The notes beneath the pieces are model-generated. The model was given only the letters and a program-made list of their open reading frames with translations. It was not told the DNA's origin and made no database searches. Both the position numbers and the translations under genes were made by a program. 64,000 nucleotides of DNA from Eledone cirrhosa (lineage: Eukaryota), in NCBI GenBank assembly GCA_964016885.1, contig OZ024741.1, positions 274,722,001 to 274,786,000 of the forward strand, written 5' to 3'. Of the stretch, positions 12,797 to 26,092 are shown piece by piece. The first letter of the stretch is position 1; each line of letters starts with the position of its first letter.

Positions 12797-15700
12797 ATGT
12801 AGCATAGTGTAGTGTGGTGTAGTGTGGTGTAGTGTGGTGTGGTGTGGTGTAGTGTGGTGTGGTGTGATGTGGCGTGGTGTAGTGTGGTGTGGTGAGGTGT
12901 GGTGTGGTGTAGTGTGGTGTAGTGTGGTGTAGTGTGGTGTAGTGTGGTGTGGTGTAGCATAGTGTAGTGTGGTGTAGTGTGGTGTAGTGTGGTGTGGTGT
13001 GGTGTAGTGTGGTGTGGTGTAAGTGTGGTGTAGTGTGGTGTGGTGTGGTGTAGTGTGGTGTGGTGTGATGTGGCGTGGTGTAGTGTGGTGTGGTGAGGTG
13101 TGGTGTGGTGTAGTGTGGTGTAGTGTGGTGTAGTGTGGTGTGGTGTGGTGTAGTGTGGTGTAGTGTGGTGTGGTGTGGTGTAGTGTGTTGTGGTGTGATG
13201 TGGTGTGGTGTAGTGTGGTGTGGTGTGATGTGGTGTGGTGTAGTGTGGTGTGGTGAGGTGTGGTGTGGTGTAGTGTGGTGTAGTGTGGTGTAGTGTGGTG
13301 TGGTGTGGTGTGGTGTAGTGTGGTGTGGTGTAGTGTGGTGTGGTGTGGTGTAGTGTGGTGTGGTGTAGTGTAGTGTGGTGTGGTGTGGTGTGGTGTGGTG
13401 TGGTGTAGTGTAGTGTGGTGTAGTGTGGTGTGGTGTGGTGTAGTGTGGTGTAGTGTGGTGTGGTGTAGTGTGGTGTGGTGTAGTGTAGTGTGGTGTAGTG
13501 TGGTGTGGTGTGGTGTAGTGTGGTGTAGTGTAGTGTGGTGTGGTGTAGTGTGGTGTGGTGTGGTGTGGTGTGGTGTGGTGTGGTGTGGTGTGGTGTGGTG
13601 TGGTGTGGTGTGGTGTGGTGTGGTGTAGTGTGGTGTAGTGTGGTGTGGTGTGGTGTGGTGTGGTGTGGTGTGGTGTGGTGTGGTGTGGTGTGGTGTGGTG
13701 TGGTGGGTGTGTGGTGTAGTGTGGTGTAGTGTGGTGTAGTGTGGTGTGGTGTGGTGTAGTGTGGTGTAGTGTGGTGTGGTGTGGTGTAGTGTGTTGTGGT
13801 GTGATGTGGTGTGGTGTAGTGTGGTGTGGTGTGATGTGGTGTAGTGTGGTGTGGTGAGGTGTGGTGTGGTGTAGTGTGGTGTAGGTGGTGTGGTGTAGTG
13901 TGGTGTAGTGTGGTGTAGTGTGGTGTGGTGTGGTGTGGTGTAGTGTGGTGTGGTGTAGTGTGGTGTGGTGTGGTGTGGTGTAGTGTGGTGTGGTGTAGTG
14001 TAGTGTGGTGTGGTGTGGTGTGGTGTGGTGTGGTGTGGCGTAGTGTAGTGTGGTGTAGTGTGGTGTGGTGTGGTGTAGTGTGGTGTAGCGTGGTGTGGTG
14101 TAGTGTGGTGTGGTGTAGTGTAGTGTGGTGTAGTGTGGTGTGGTGTGGTGTAGTGTGGTGTAGTGTAGTGTGGTGTGGTGTAGTGTGGTGTGGTGTGGTG
14201 TGGTGTGGTGTGGTGTGGTGTGGTGTGGTGTGGTGTGGTGTGGTGTGGTGTGGTGTGGTGTGGTGTGGTGTGGTGAGGTGTAGTGTGGTGTGGTGTGGTG
14301 TGGTGTGGTGTGGTGTGGTGTGGTGTGGTGTGGTGTGGTGTGGTGTGGTGTGGTGTGGTGTGGTGTGGTGTGGTGTAGTGTGGTGTAGTGTGGTGTGGTG
14401 TAGTGTGGTGTGGTGTAGTGTAGTGTGGTGTGGTGTGGTGTAGTGTGGTGTGATGTGGTGTGGTGTAGTGTGGTGTAGTGTGGTGTAGTGTGGTGTAGTG
14501 TGGTGTGGTGTGGTGTGGTGTGGTGTGGTGTGGTGTGGTGTGGTGTGGTGTGGTGTGGTGTGGTGTAGTGTGGTGTAGTGTGGTGTGGTGTGGTGTGGTG
14601 TGGTGTAGTGTGGTGTGGTGTAGTGTAGTGTGGTGTGGTGTGGTGTAGTGTGGTGTGATGTGGTGTGGTGTAGTGTGGTGTAGTGTGGTGTAGTGTGGTG
14701 TAGTGTGGTGTAGTGTGGTGTGGTGAGGTGTGGTGTGGTGTAGTGTGGTGTAGTGTGGTGTGGTGTGGTGTAGTGTGGTGTAGTGTGGTGTGGTGTGATG
14801 TGGTGTGGTGTAGTGTGGTGTAGTGTGGTGTAGTGTGGTGTAGTGTGGTGTAGTGTGGTGTGGTGAGGTGTGGTGTGGTGTAGTGTGATGTAGTGTGGTG
14901 TGGTGTGGTGTGGTGTAGTGTGGTGTAGTGTGGTGTGGTGTGGTGTGGTGTGGTGTGGTGTGGTGTGGTGTGGTGTGGTGTGGTGTGGTGTGGTGTAGTG
15001 TGGTGTGGTGTGGTGTGGTGTGGTGTGGTGTGGTGTAGTGTGGTGTGGTGTGGTGTAGTGTGGTGTGGTGTAGTGTGGTGTGGTGTGGTGTGGTGTGGTG
15101 TGGTGTGGTGAGGTGTAGTGTGGTGTGGTGTGGTGTAGTGTGGTGTGGTGTGATGTGATGTGGTGTGGTGTGGTGTGGTGTGGTGTGGTCTGGTGTGGTG
15201 TGGTGTGGTGTAGTGTGGTGTGGTGTGGTGTGGTGTGGTGTGGTGTGGTGTGGTGTAGTGTGATGTGGTGTGGTGTAGTGTGGTGTGGTGTGGTGTAGTG
15301 TGGTGTGGTGTGGTGTGGTGTGGTGAGGTGTAGTGTGGTGTGGTGTGGTGTGGTGTAGTGTGGTGTGGTGTAGTGTGGTGTGGTGTGGTGTGGTGTGGTG
15401 TAGTGTGGTGTGGTGTGGTGTAGTGTGGTGTGGTGTAGTGTGGTGTGGTGTGGTGTGGTGAGGTGTAGTGTGGTGTGGTGTGGTGTGGTGTGGTGTGGTG
15501 AGGTGTAGTGTGGTGTGGTGTGGTGTGGTGTAGTGTGGTGTGATGTGATGTGGTGTGGTGTGGTGTGGTGTGGTGTGGTGTGGTGTGGTGTAGTGTGGTG
15601 TGGTGTGGTGTGGTGTGGTGTGGTGTGTTGTGGTGTAGTGTGGTGTGGTGTGGTGTTGTGCGGTGTGGTGTAGTGTGGTGCGGTGTGGTGTGGTGTGGTG

Positions 15701-17545
15701 AGGTGTAGTGTGATGTGGTGTGGTGTGGTGTAGTGTGGTGTGGTGTAGTGTGGTGTGGTGTGGTGTGGTCTGGTGTGGTGTGGTGTAGTGTGGTGTGGTG
15801 TGGGGTAGTGTGGTGTGGTGTAGTGTGGTGTGGTGTGGTGTGGTGTGGTGTGGTGAGGTGTAGTGTGGTGTGGTGTGGTGTCGTGTGGTGTGGTGTGGTG
15901 AGGTGTAGTGTGGTGTGGTGTGATGCGGTGTAGTGTGGTGTGGTGTAGTGTGGTGTGGTGTGGTGTGGTGTGGTGAGGTGTAGTGTGGTGTGGTGTGGTG
16001 TGGTGTGGTGTGGTGAGGTGTAGTGTGGTGTGGTGTGGTGTGGTGTAGTGTGGTGTGATGTGATGTGGTGTGGTGTGGTGTGGTGTGGTGTGGTGTGGTG
16101 TAGTGTGGTGTGGTGTGGTGTGGTGTGGTGTGGTGTGGTGTGTTGTGGTGTAGTGTGGTGTGGTGTGGTGTAGTGCGGTGTGGTGTAGTGTGGTGCGGTG
16201 TGGTGTGGTGTGGTGAGGTGTAGTGTGATGTGGTGTGGTGTGGTGTAGTGTGCTGTGGTGTAGTGTGGTGTGGTGTGGTGTGGTCTGGTGTGGTGTGGTG
16301 TAGTGTGGTGTGGTGTGGTGTAGTGTGGTGTGGTGTAGTGTGGTGTGGTGTGGTGTGGTGTGGTGTGGTGTGGTGAGGTGTAGTGTGGTGTGGTGTGGTG
16401 TCGTGTGGTGTGGTGTGGTGAGGTGTAGTGTGGTGTGGTGTGGTGCGGTGTAGTGTGGTGTGGTGTAGTGTGGTGTGGTGTGGTGTGGTGTGGTGAGGTG
16501 TAGCGTGGTGTGGTGTGGTGTGGTGTAGTGTGGTGTGGTGTGGTGTGGTGTGGTGTGGTGTGGTGTGGTGTGGTGTGGTGTGGTGTGGTGTGGTGTGGTG
16601 TAGTGTGGTGTGGTGTGGTGTGGTGTGGTGTGGTGTAGTGTGGTGTGGTGTGGTGTAGTGTGGTGTAGTGTGGTGTGGCATGGTGTGGTGTGGTGAGGTG
16701 TAGTGTGGTGTGGTGTGGTGTAGTGTGGTGTGGTGTGGTGTAGTGTGGTGTGGTGTGGTGTAGTGTGGTGTGGTGAGGTGTAGTGTGGTGTGGTGTGGTG
16801 TAGTGTGGTGTGGTGTGGTGTGGTGTAGTTGGTGCTGTGTAGTGTGGTGTGGTGTAATGTGGTGTGGTGTGGTGTGGTGTTGTGTGGTGTAGTATGGTGT
16901 TGTGTGGTGTAGTGTGGTGTGGTGTAGTTGGTGTTGTGTAGTGTGGTGTGGTGTAGTGTGGTGTAGTGTGGTGTTGTGTAGTGTGGTGTAGCGTGGTGTA
17001 GTGTAGTCTGGTGTGGTGTAGTGTGGTGTAGTGTGGTGTGGTGTGGTGTAGTGTGGTGTGGTGTAGTGTAGTGTAGTGTGGTGTGGTGTGGTGTAGTGTG
17101 GTATAGTGTGGTGTGGTGTGGTGTAGTGTGGTGTGGTGTGGTGTGGTGTGGTGTGGTGTAGTGTGGTGTGATGCGGTGTGGTGTGGTGTAGTGTGGTGTG
17201 GTGTGGTGTGGTGTGGTGTAGTGTGGTGTGGTGTAGTGTGGTGTAGTGTCGTGTGGTATAGTGTTGTGTGGTGTGGTGTAGTGTTGTGTAGTGTGGTGTT
17301 TTGTAGTGTGGTGTGGTGTAGTTGGTGTAGTGTGGTGTTGTGAGGTGTGGTGTAGTGTGGTGTAGTGTGGTGTAGTGTGGTGTGGTGTAGTGTGGTGTTG
17401 TGTGGTGTGGTGTAGTGTGGTGTAGTGTGGTGTAGTGTGGTGTGGTGTAGTGTGGTGTAGTGTGGTGTTGTGTGGTGTGGTGTAGTGTGGTGTAGTGTGG
17501 TGTAGTGTGGTGTGGTGTAAGTGTGGTGTAGTGTGGTGTGGTGTG
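12797..17545. repeat. ~4.7-kb pentanucleotide satellite (GGTGT/AGTGT)n
   Basis: Near-continuous 5-bp periodicity with variant units. Explains the 1300-1850 aa HHTTP ORFs. Confidence 0.97.
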
Positions 17546-17659
17546 TTCGTGTATCTATATCTACTGTGTGTGTAGTGAATGTGTGTCTTTGTGTCTGTGT
17601 GTAGTTTGTGTAAAGTATGTGTCTGTATGTGTCTGTATGTGTCTGTATCTGTCTGTATG

Positions 17660-17937
17660 GGACAATGTGAGGCAGTGTGAGACACTGTGAGACACTGTGA
17701 GACAATGTGGTATAGTGTGGGACAATCTGAGACATCGTGACACAATGTGAGACACTGTAGGACATTGCCTTACAATGTTGTATAATATGGGACAGTGTGA
17801 GACACAGTAAGACACTGTGAGACAATGTGATACAGTGTGAGACACTGTGAGACAGTTTGAGACACCGTGGGGGCAATGTGAGACAGTGTGAAGCACTGTA
17901 GGGCATTGTGAGTCTATGTGAGAGAATGTGGGACAGT
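17660..17937. repeat. 10-bp minisatellite (GAGACACTGT-like)
   Basis: gagacactgt/gagacaatgt/gggacagtgt units in register. Confidence 0.9.
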
Positions 17938-18226
17938 GGCTAACATGAAGCTAAATTCCATCCTGTCTGTTGTCTTAGCCCCAGTAATGGCGATTGTCCA
18001 TTGTTCTCTAACAGGTTGGTAGCCATGACTTGACGACAGCATATCTTTCAGGAAGGAAAACTGACTGTGAAATTAAAAAAAAAAGATGTCGGAAGCAACT
18101 ATCGCCTGAAATACCAAAGTATCGTGTGTACAGGGGACAGGAGGCCATCCTTCATTTCTTACCTACGTCGAACACCTCATCAATCTAACACACACACACA
18201 CACACAACACACATACTATTCATTTC

Positions 18227-18261
<35 letters not shown>

Positions 18262-18444
18262 AATGTGTGTGTGTGTGTGTGTGTGTGTGTATACACATGT
18301 GTGTGTGTATATACTTATAAATACATACATCTATACATATGCATATATAAACACACACACTAAGATAAACTAAAATAAACTAAATACGCACTTTGGGTGC
18401 CTGTGTGCGCACACACACACACACACACACACATACACACATAC

Positions 18445-18483
<39 letters not shown>

Positions 18484-19109
18484 CATGCTCTCGTTTCTCT
18501 CACACACGGAGACATACACACACATTTATTCGTACCACACCCACAGAAAGACCTGCTTACCTACCTACCTACCTACCAACAAGTACACAACTACAGACAA
18601 GTACACACAAGTACACTCACGCATACACCCAAATACACACACACACACATATATACACAGACATACACAGACATACACTGTCACACAGTGACACACACAC
18701 ACACAGAGAAGTAGCAAGGTATTTAGTTAGGTTTGTGTGACATTCGGAGGTTTACCTGAGCCAATTGGGTCGGAGACAAGAGTTAGATTATATCTGTAAT
18801 TCATAGATGAAGGTGCTGGAGAGGAAGATAAACAAGTAAATAGGGGTGAAAACGGAGGTTGAGGACTGGGGTAGGGTAGAATGAGGGACGACGGGCGAGG
18901 GGCAGGTGTATGAAGCAACAGCCTACCTTGTCATTGTCATTTTCTCAGCTGTTTGTTTTTCTTTGTCTTTTTATAAAACCTTTTTTGCTTTTTGTGGGCA
19001 CTTTTTTGGAGGGGGGGGGGAGTTGCTCGCTACTGATTTAATGCCCCACCCCTCCTGCCGCTGACTACTGTGTAGTAAGGGTGTATAAATATATACGTAC
19101 CTGTGTGTG

Positions 19110-19265
<156 letters not shown>

Positions 19266-19638
19266 AAGAAATAGACAGATAGCTAGATAGAAAGATAGAA
19301 AGATGTATATCCAAAACAGGGGACACCCACCATAAAGACAAGGGAAAAGATATAAGGGATAACGGAGAGCCCGTTCTCATCAATCAACTTCTGGAAATCA
19401 CTATAATTTCAGATCATCAAGGTTGATACTATTTATTCCAGTGTACATTAGGACACAACAAAACAGGTAGACACAGGACGGGTTGTGCCTTGTGGTGAAT
19501 TATACAAATAAAGACGAAAGAAGGAAAAGGTGCCACAAACTAAAGTGCAACAACTTAAAAGAAGGAGAGAGGGATAGAAACGGTGTGTGGTGGGATTAGC
19601 CAAAGGAAAAATATAGAAAAAATATATATGGAGTACAG

Positions 19639-19808
19639 CAGGCATGTCAAACATGCGGCCCTTTACAAGCACACCTGCGACCCGCACAAAGGTTTTTACA
19701 GCGCAAGCGTAATATAAAATAAAAAAATCTTAGTTGTAATGTGTGGCCCTCAGACAACACATATGTGACTCATGTGGCCCTCGGGGGACCCTCAGTTTGG
19801 CATGCCTG
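19639..19808. mobile_element. hAT (Charlie-like) MITE
   Basis: TIRs caggcatgtcaaac / gtttggcatgcctg. Perfect 8-bp TSD gagtacag (19631-19638 and 19809-19816). Confidence 0.93.
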
Positions 19809-19984
19809 GAGTACAGTCCAGTGTACAGGAGGAATAGGAAGGGAGAATAGAGAAAAACTGATCACGCAGTGTATGTCTATTATTTGATAGGGTCAGAAAA
19901 AAAACTCACGTAGCTAAGACTTTGGAATATGAATCTAAAACAGGACAACGAAAGAAAAGTAAACAAAGGAGAAAGTTGATTATA

Positions 19985-20320
19985 TCGGCGGTCCCAGTGC
20001 TTAACTGTATACTCAGCTGAAAAAAAAGTGAGTACCAGGAATATTTGGGGATTTAACCCTGCGATGGACTGGTGTCCAATCCAGAGAGGAAGTCTTGTAA
20101 TCTCAGTCGCTTCACGCCACGGAAACCGGGAAAAGCACCGGCTTGATGAGACTCCGATCTCGAGACAGACTTTAGACTTAACTGGTACTTAATTTATCGA
20201 CCCCGGGAGGATGAAAGACAATGTTGACCTCAGAAGGATTTGTACTCAGGGTGTAGAAAGTTGTAACTAAATATGTCTCAAGGCAATTTGTCGGACGCTC
20301 TACCGATTACTCCTAATTCA
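19985..20320 (-). mobile_element. Old SINE family-1 copy interrupted by a second SINE-like insert (20008-20176, plus strand)
   Basis: Host motif 'cccagtgcttaactg|gtacttaatttatcgacccc' is split. TSD cttaactg (20000-20007 and 20177-20184). Insert contains 'cctgcgatggactgg...gtcgcttcacgccacggaaaccgg...cagacttta'. Confidence 0.7.
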
Positions 20321-20864
20321 AAAACAATAACAACAACAGCAACTACAGAGAAAGGCCTCCGCATGTCACGTGAGACCACCAATCCACACCTGGAATGTTC
20401 CCCTCTAGGTCACAAACCTGGGCAAGCATTCTTTTGGTGAAAAACTGCCCGTCACTCATGGATTCAGGTTTCCCTTTCCTCACGCCACCGATGTTGGCAC
20501 GTCACAGATAAAGTCACCACACAAGTGAATTAACGTAAAAACAGTTGAATATTTTACAGACACGTGTACCCTTAACGAAATTATCAGGCACAATATGTAT
20601 CAATACCTATAATTTGAAGAGATTCATATCCCAATACACCCAAGCAGGTTTCACACCGTTTCCGCCAATCTCTTGGGTGGTCGTTTCAAAGGTGCGGTAA
20701 AGATATTTACTTAAAATGCCAGGTATTGAGATTAAAACCGAGTCCTCAAAGCATCAGACTATGAAATGATAGAGTTACACTGCCTGCTCTATCTTCCTCT
20801 ATTTCCTCTTCTTACCTTTTCTATGCTGCCATATCATTTTTTTTTTGTATGGACAGTACATTGG

Positions 20865-20865
<1 letters not shown>

Positions 20866-20895
<30 letters not shown>

Positions 20896-21171
20896 CTTCT
20901 TCTTCTTCTTCTTCTTCGTCGTCTTCTTCGTCGTCGTCGTCTTGTTCTTGTTCTTGTTGTTGTTCTTCTTCTTCTTCTTCTTCTTCTTCTTCTTCTTCTT
21001 CTTCTTCTTCTTCTTCTTCTTCTTCTTCTTCTTCTTCTTCTTCTTCTTCTTCTTCGTCATCGTCTTCTTCTTCTTCTTCTTCTTCGTCATCGTCTTCTTC
21101 TTCTTCTTCTTCTTCTTCTTCTTCTTCTTCTTCTTCTTCTTCTTCTTCTTCGTCGTCGTCGTCTTCTTCTT

Positions 21172-21232
<61 letters not shown>

Positions 21233-21331
21233 TTCTTCTTCTTCTTCTTCTTCTTTTTCTTCTTCTTCTTCTTCTTCTTCTTCTTCTTCTTCTTCTTCTT
21301 CTTCTTCTTCTTCTTCTTCTTCTTCTTCTTC
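20866..21331. repeat. (CTT)n tract, i.e. an expanded (GAA)n tail abutting the RTE 3' end
   Basis: Begins a few bases after the RTE stop codon on the minus strand. Confidence 0.9.
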
Positions 21332-22100
21332 ACCCACTTATTCCTGAGAGGGTCGTAGGGGTAGAGTCCTCAAACACTCCTTCCAGCAGGTCCTGCCAGA
21401 AGCAACCATCTCCAACTGATCCGATTGGATCCCCAAGAGAGACCAGCCTAGCTCGTGGATTTTATCCAACCATCTTGCTCCGGGTCTACCCCTGGTTCTC
21501 CTGTTGGTTGGTTTTACCTGTAAAATCTGTCCAGCGATTCTTTCCTGAGACATTCTAACCACATACCCACAGTATCGGAGCTGTGATCTCTCAATTCGGA
21601 GAAGTAGCGGCTCTTCCTGGAGTGACTCTCTGATCTCCGAGCTATGCACTCTATCGAGTAACATTACTTCAAAGACCCTTCAGAGGAACCCCATTTCAGC
21701 TGCTTGTATTCGCGATCGTATCCTTTCGGTCATTACCCAAGACTCATAGCCATAGGTAAAATTGGCACGAATACCGAATTGAAGATAGCGAGTTTGGCTT
21801 TTACGCTTACCTCCCTTCTGTTTACTGACTGCTGAAGCTGGCGCATTACTGCACCAGTTTCTGCAATTCTTGCACTTAATTCAGCCTCCTGCCTTCCATC
21901 AATCGTAAACACGGCCCCGAGATATTGGAACTTATCTACCTGCTTCAGTGGAACTCCATTCTCACGTAGAGTGCACTGCACAGACTTCCTAGAGAGGATG
22001 AGAGTTTTCGCAGCACTGATTTTCATTCCAGCCATGCAGCACTGAGCATTAAACCTATCAAGTACAAGTCGGAGATCACCTTCTGTCGAACTAAGTAACA
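21332..22100 (-). mobile_element. 5'-truncated RTE-clade LINE (Expander/Rex3-like), disrupted RT C-terminus
   Basis: GMKISAAKT, FQYLG, KLAIFNSVFVPIL, then in other frames ESW..RIQAAEMGFL, RIERSQLRYCG.VVRM and RGRP..RW. Confidence 0.9.
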
Positions 22101-22628
22101 TTTCACTGTACTTTATATATATTTTTTCTATATTTCGTGATTGCAATGCGATCTTCTTAACCGTTCAGCAATGCCTGCCTGCCCTCGAAATCAATGGTGC
22201 AGTAATTAAAACACAGAAACAAGTCAAGTCTATGGTAAAGATATTTGCTCAAATATCACCGAGTGGGATTGAAACTGGGACCTGGAGATTGGGAGGGAAA
22301 CTTAACTGTTTAGTAAAGAAATAAAAAAGAAAGGAAGAAAGATATATAGATAAATAGATAGGTATGTTTCTTTTATTTGCCACCAGGGCATCAAAAGTGG
22401 GACAAGTACAAGGGGGGGGGTTACAAAATAAGGCGTCCTCAATAAGGAGGAGGCAATAACAATATATAAAAATAAAATAAAATATAACAAAAAATAAAAT
22501 TTATAACAAAGTCCTCAATAGAGAGGAGGCGCCTTGGGGGGTCGCACACACCCCCGAAAAAAAGTGTGCAACCCTTTTCCTCAGGAGCACAGAGAAGGGG
22601 TGCTCCCTTGGTCTTTCATCTTCCTCAC

Positions 22629-25600
22629 CTATAGTCTGATGTAGAGTGAAGGCCCATTCACACGGGCCATTCTCGCCACTTTCACCCATCTTTCATAAAA
22701 ACGGCTGGGGTGCAGCACCTCTCTCTCCATCCTGATCCTTCTTCCGAAATGATATCGGAAGAAACGGACCAGTTGTTGGCCAGAGAGAAAGGTGTCTGAC
22801 CTCAGTCCTTTCAGACGCGTCCACCATACAACCTCTTTCGCCATGGCTAATACGCACAGAAACACCGCCTCTTCTTCGTTTTTGAAGAGGGGAGGCGGCT
22901 TGATCGTTACAATAGACTCGGTGGTCAACCGGATCGGTCCCACCCTTGACAGCAGTTGTTCGACATAGCCCCACAGATCGGCAATGCCCGAGCAGTGTAC
23001 CAATGCGTGTGCAACGGTTTCCTCGTCGCACACGCATCTGGGACAGACCTTTTTCGATGGGTCCCTACCCGGGCGCCCGTGTCTGTAGAGCCTTTCTCGA
23101 ACGGGCAGAGCCCTTCTGTAGCATTGCCAGGCCAGGAACCTCTGGAAGTTATCCATGGGTCCCGGGCTGAATGTCCTACCGAACAGGTTGGCCAGTTCGT
23201 CTTCCTCCATGCCTAGGGCTTCTCCGAGGGCGTCGTCGCACCTGCTAACCACCAGCCCTCTATAGAATGACGAGGTGGATTCTCCACTGACAGCCGGGTC
23301 CGCCTGCCAGAGAGCCGTGAGCGCCTGGGCACACTCGGTGTGCCAGGCGCCCAGTTTTCTCGGTCTTTGCTTGACCCAGGATTGCAGCTCGGTGAGTGAG
23401 ACGAGTCTGGGAAAGGCTCGCCTCACAAACGGAGCCCACACCGGTTGACCGGAGAGGAATACCTGAAGGTGCCGTAGCCTTAATGCGTGTTTACGTATCA
23501 TTAGCCACGGCATCCCCAGCCCTCCTTTCGAAGGGTGTTGACAGCAGATGGATCTCCTCACCATAGGAGCCCGCTTCTTCCAAAGGAATTGGAAGAGTGC
23601 GCGCTCCATTTTGGCGAGCGTTTCCCTTGGGCAAGGCACAACGGTCAGGCGGTAGTAGATGACGGACGGTATATAAGTGTTCGCCACCTCCGCCCGACCT
23701 TTCAGGGACAGTTTGCACTCGGCCCACTTTTGGGTCAGTGCAAACACCCTGTTCGTTACCTCACCCCAGTTCTTCTCCACCTGGAGGTCTGGTCCGAACC
23801 AGACCCCGAGCAACTTCACCGGGCCCTCCGTCCAGCGCCCGACAACGCCATCGGAGGGCATCGATCTGCCCCTCCACGTGCCGAGTTGCAGACCGATCGA
23901 CTTGTCCCGGTTCAGCTTAGCCCCTGTAAACCTTTCGTACTCCTCCAGTAAGGTGCCGATCGCCCCGATTTCCGAGGCCGTCGACACCATTACTGTTACG
24001 TCATCGGCATAGGCTGACACCGCTTTCCGCTATCCCGGTTCCAACGGGATGCCCTGCAACAACTCCAACTTCCGCAGCAGTGGCTCTAGAGTCATTACAT
24101 ACAGAAGGGAGGAGAGAGGGCACTCCTGTCGGATGGACCGCGCGATTTCGAACGGCTCCGAGAGGTAGCCGTTCACCTTGACCCTAGAGCAGATGCGGCT
24201 GCTGTGCATGGCATTGATCCAGCCCCTGAAAACGGGTCCGAAGCCTGCCGCCGCTAGCACCGCATCCAGGTAACCATGGTCGACCCTATCGAATGCCTTA
24301 GATTGATCCAAGTTGATCAGGGCCCCACCAAAGCCGGGTTCGTTCCCAACCCTCTCTATGATGTATCGCATGAGGTGGAGGTTGTCGTGGATGGACCTGG
24401 ACGGGATAGCACATGTCTGCGCATCTCCCACCAGGTTACCCACGACAAGCGCCAACCTCTTTGCTAGCACCTTGGCCAAAATCTGTAACTCTGTATTTAG
24501 CAGAGTTATGGGCCTGAAATTATTTATATCGTCCCACTTGTTCTCGTCCTTCCTCACTAGCGTGACTACGCCCTTGGTCACAGCACAGGGAATTCTCCCG
24601 TTCTGTTGCCAGTTGCAGTAGACCGCCTCGAGGAGATCGGGGAACAAGTCCGGCATAGCTAGATATAGTTCGTATGGAAGACCATCGAGACCCGGGGATT
24701 TGCGTTTGCCGCATTGGCTCAGCACGTCCTCTATCTCAGCGGCTGAAATCGGCTCCTCGCAGAACTTCGCCTCCCTGTCCGAGAGACGCGGCAGACCGTC
24801 GAGGTATGGACCGAAGTCCACATCCCCAACCGGCTCCCCGCCCCTTCCGAACAATCCGGCAAAGTGCTTTTGAAAAGCCTCGCACATCTGCTTAGGTTCA
24901 AGCACCACCCGTCCATCCTGGTCTCGCAAAGACCAGATAGTGGATCTGCTCCCTCTTTTGGCTTCTGTCACGCGGGCCCAGCTAACAGCTTTGGTCCCCT
25001 CGTTTGCCAGAGCACGTATTTTGCTTCGGACGATGCAGCCTTCGTGTTTCGCGTCGAAGAACTGGCCCAGGGCCGTTCTCGACGCTAGCACTCTGGCAAC
25101 GTCGCCGCTTCTAATTGCCTCTTCAACACTATCTACCAACTCCCTTTCCTTCCTATTTCTATTTGAGGATAACTCCTTACTAAATTCTATAGAGACTACT
25201 CTAATCTCTCTTTTGAGAGATCCACACCACCTGCTGTTGACGATGGCGCCCGTCAACCGCTCCTTAACTAAGGTGCTAATCCGGTCCCTGTAAGCTTTAC
25301 TTGCCGGTAAGGACAAGTTGAGCTTCCAGTAACCGGGTCCCTGTCTATGCGTTCTGTCAAGGTTGACCATGCAGGTCACTAATTTGTGGTCTGAATAGCC
25401 AACCATGCGCATTTTTTGGACAACTTAAAAAGTCCTTATCCTTAATTCTAACTAAGAACCTATCTAGGTACGACCTAGATGATCCGCTACGATTTGCCCA
25501 AGTCCAGGTTGGCGCAGTCGGAAAATCTAGTCGATATCTATCGGCCAGGTCAAATCGACCGATTAACCCTTTGAGGCTATTACACCCCTCTCTATCGGGA

Positions 25601-26068
25601 CAGGCCCCTACGTAGTCCCAGCGTGCATCTAGGATACCATTCCAGTCCCCCACTAATAGCAAGGAGCGGGACGTCCCTAGAAAAGTCTCCAGACGATGGA
25701 AGAAGTCCGGCCGCATTGACCCGAAAGGGCCGTAGGCGGCTACCAACCTGAACGCTCCGCCTTTACCACTGCCAAGGTCCAGAACCACTAGTCGACCCTC
25801 CGGGTCCAAATGTACCATCTGTGTTACGAGACCCAGATGTTTTTGCAGCAGAACGACAACCCCACCCCCACCTCCGGGCTGACAGAGAGATGCGTGCATC
25901 TCAAAGTCATCAAAGGTGGGGGGCCAGCTGTCGCACGTTGCTGATCCGGGCCTCGCAAATAACCATCACATCTATACGTTGTGACCTGAGGTCATTTAGA
26001 AGCATTGCTTGCTTCCAAGTTGAGCCCAGGCCACGCACATTTAAACAGCCTACTCTTAGCATAGTCAT
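22629..26068 (-). pseudogene. Tx1-type ORF2: apurinic endonuclease, reverse transcriptase and C-terminal Cys/His motif (about 3 frameshifts)
   Basis: LNVRGL, ICE, GDWN, SYLDRF and SDH (APE). PGLDGLPYELY, FRPITLLN, LDQSKAFDRVDH, RQECPLS and YADD (RT). CPRC..ETVAHALVHC. Confidence 0.93.
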
Positions 26069-26092
26069 GTTGGTGGTGAAGAGAAAAGGCAC

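Noticed and set aside
12797-17545. Telomeric repeat array
   Set aside because: Not TTAGGG-type. Interstitial and heterogeneous.
12342-17906. 1854/1758/1295-aa His/Thr/Pro-rich ORFs
   Set aside because: All three frames are open because the pentamer satellite lacks stops on that strand. No unique domain or codon signal.
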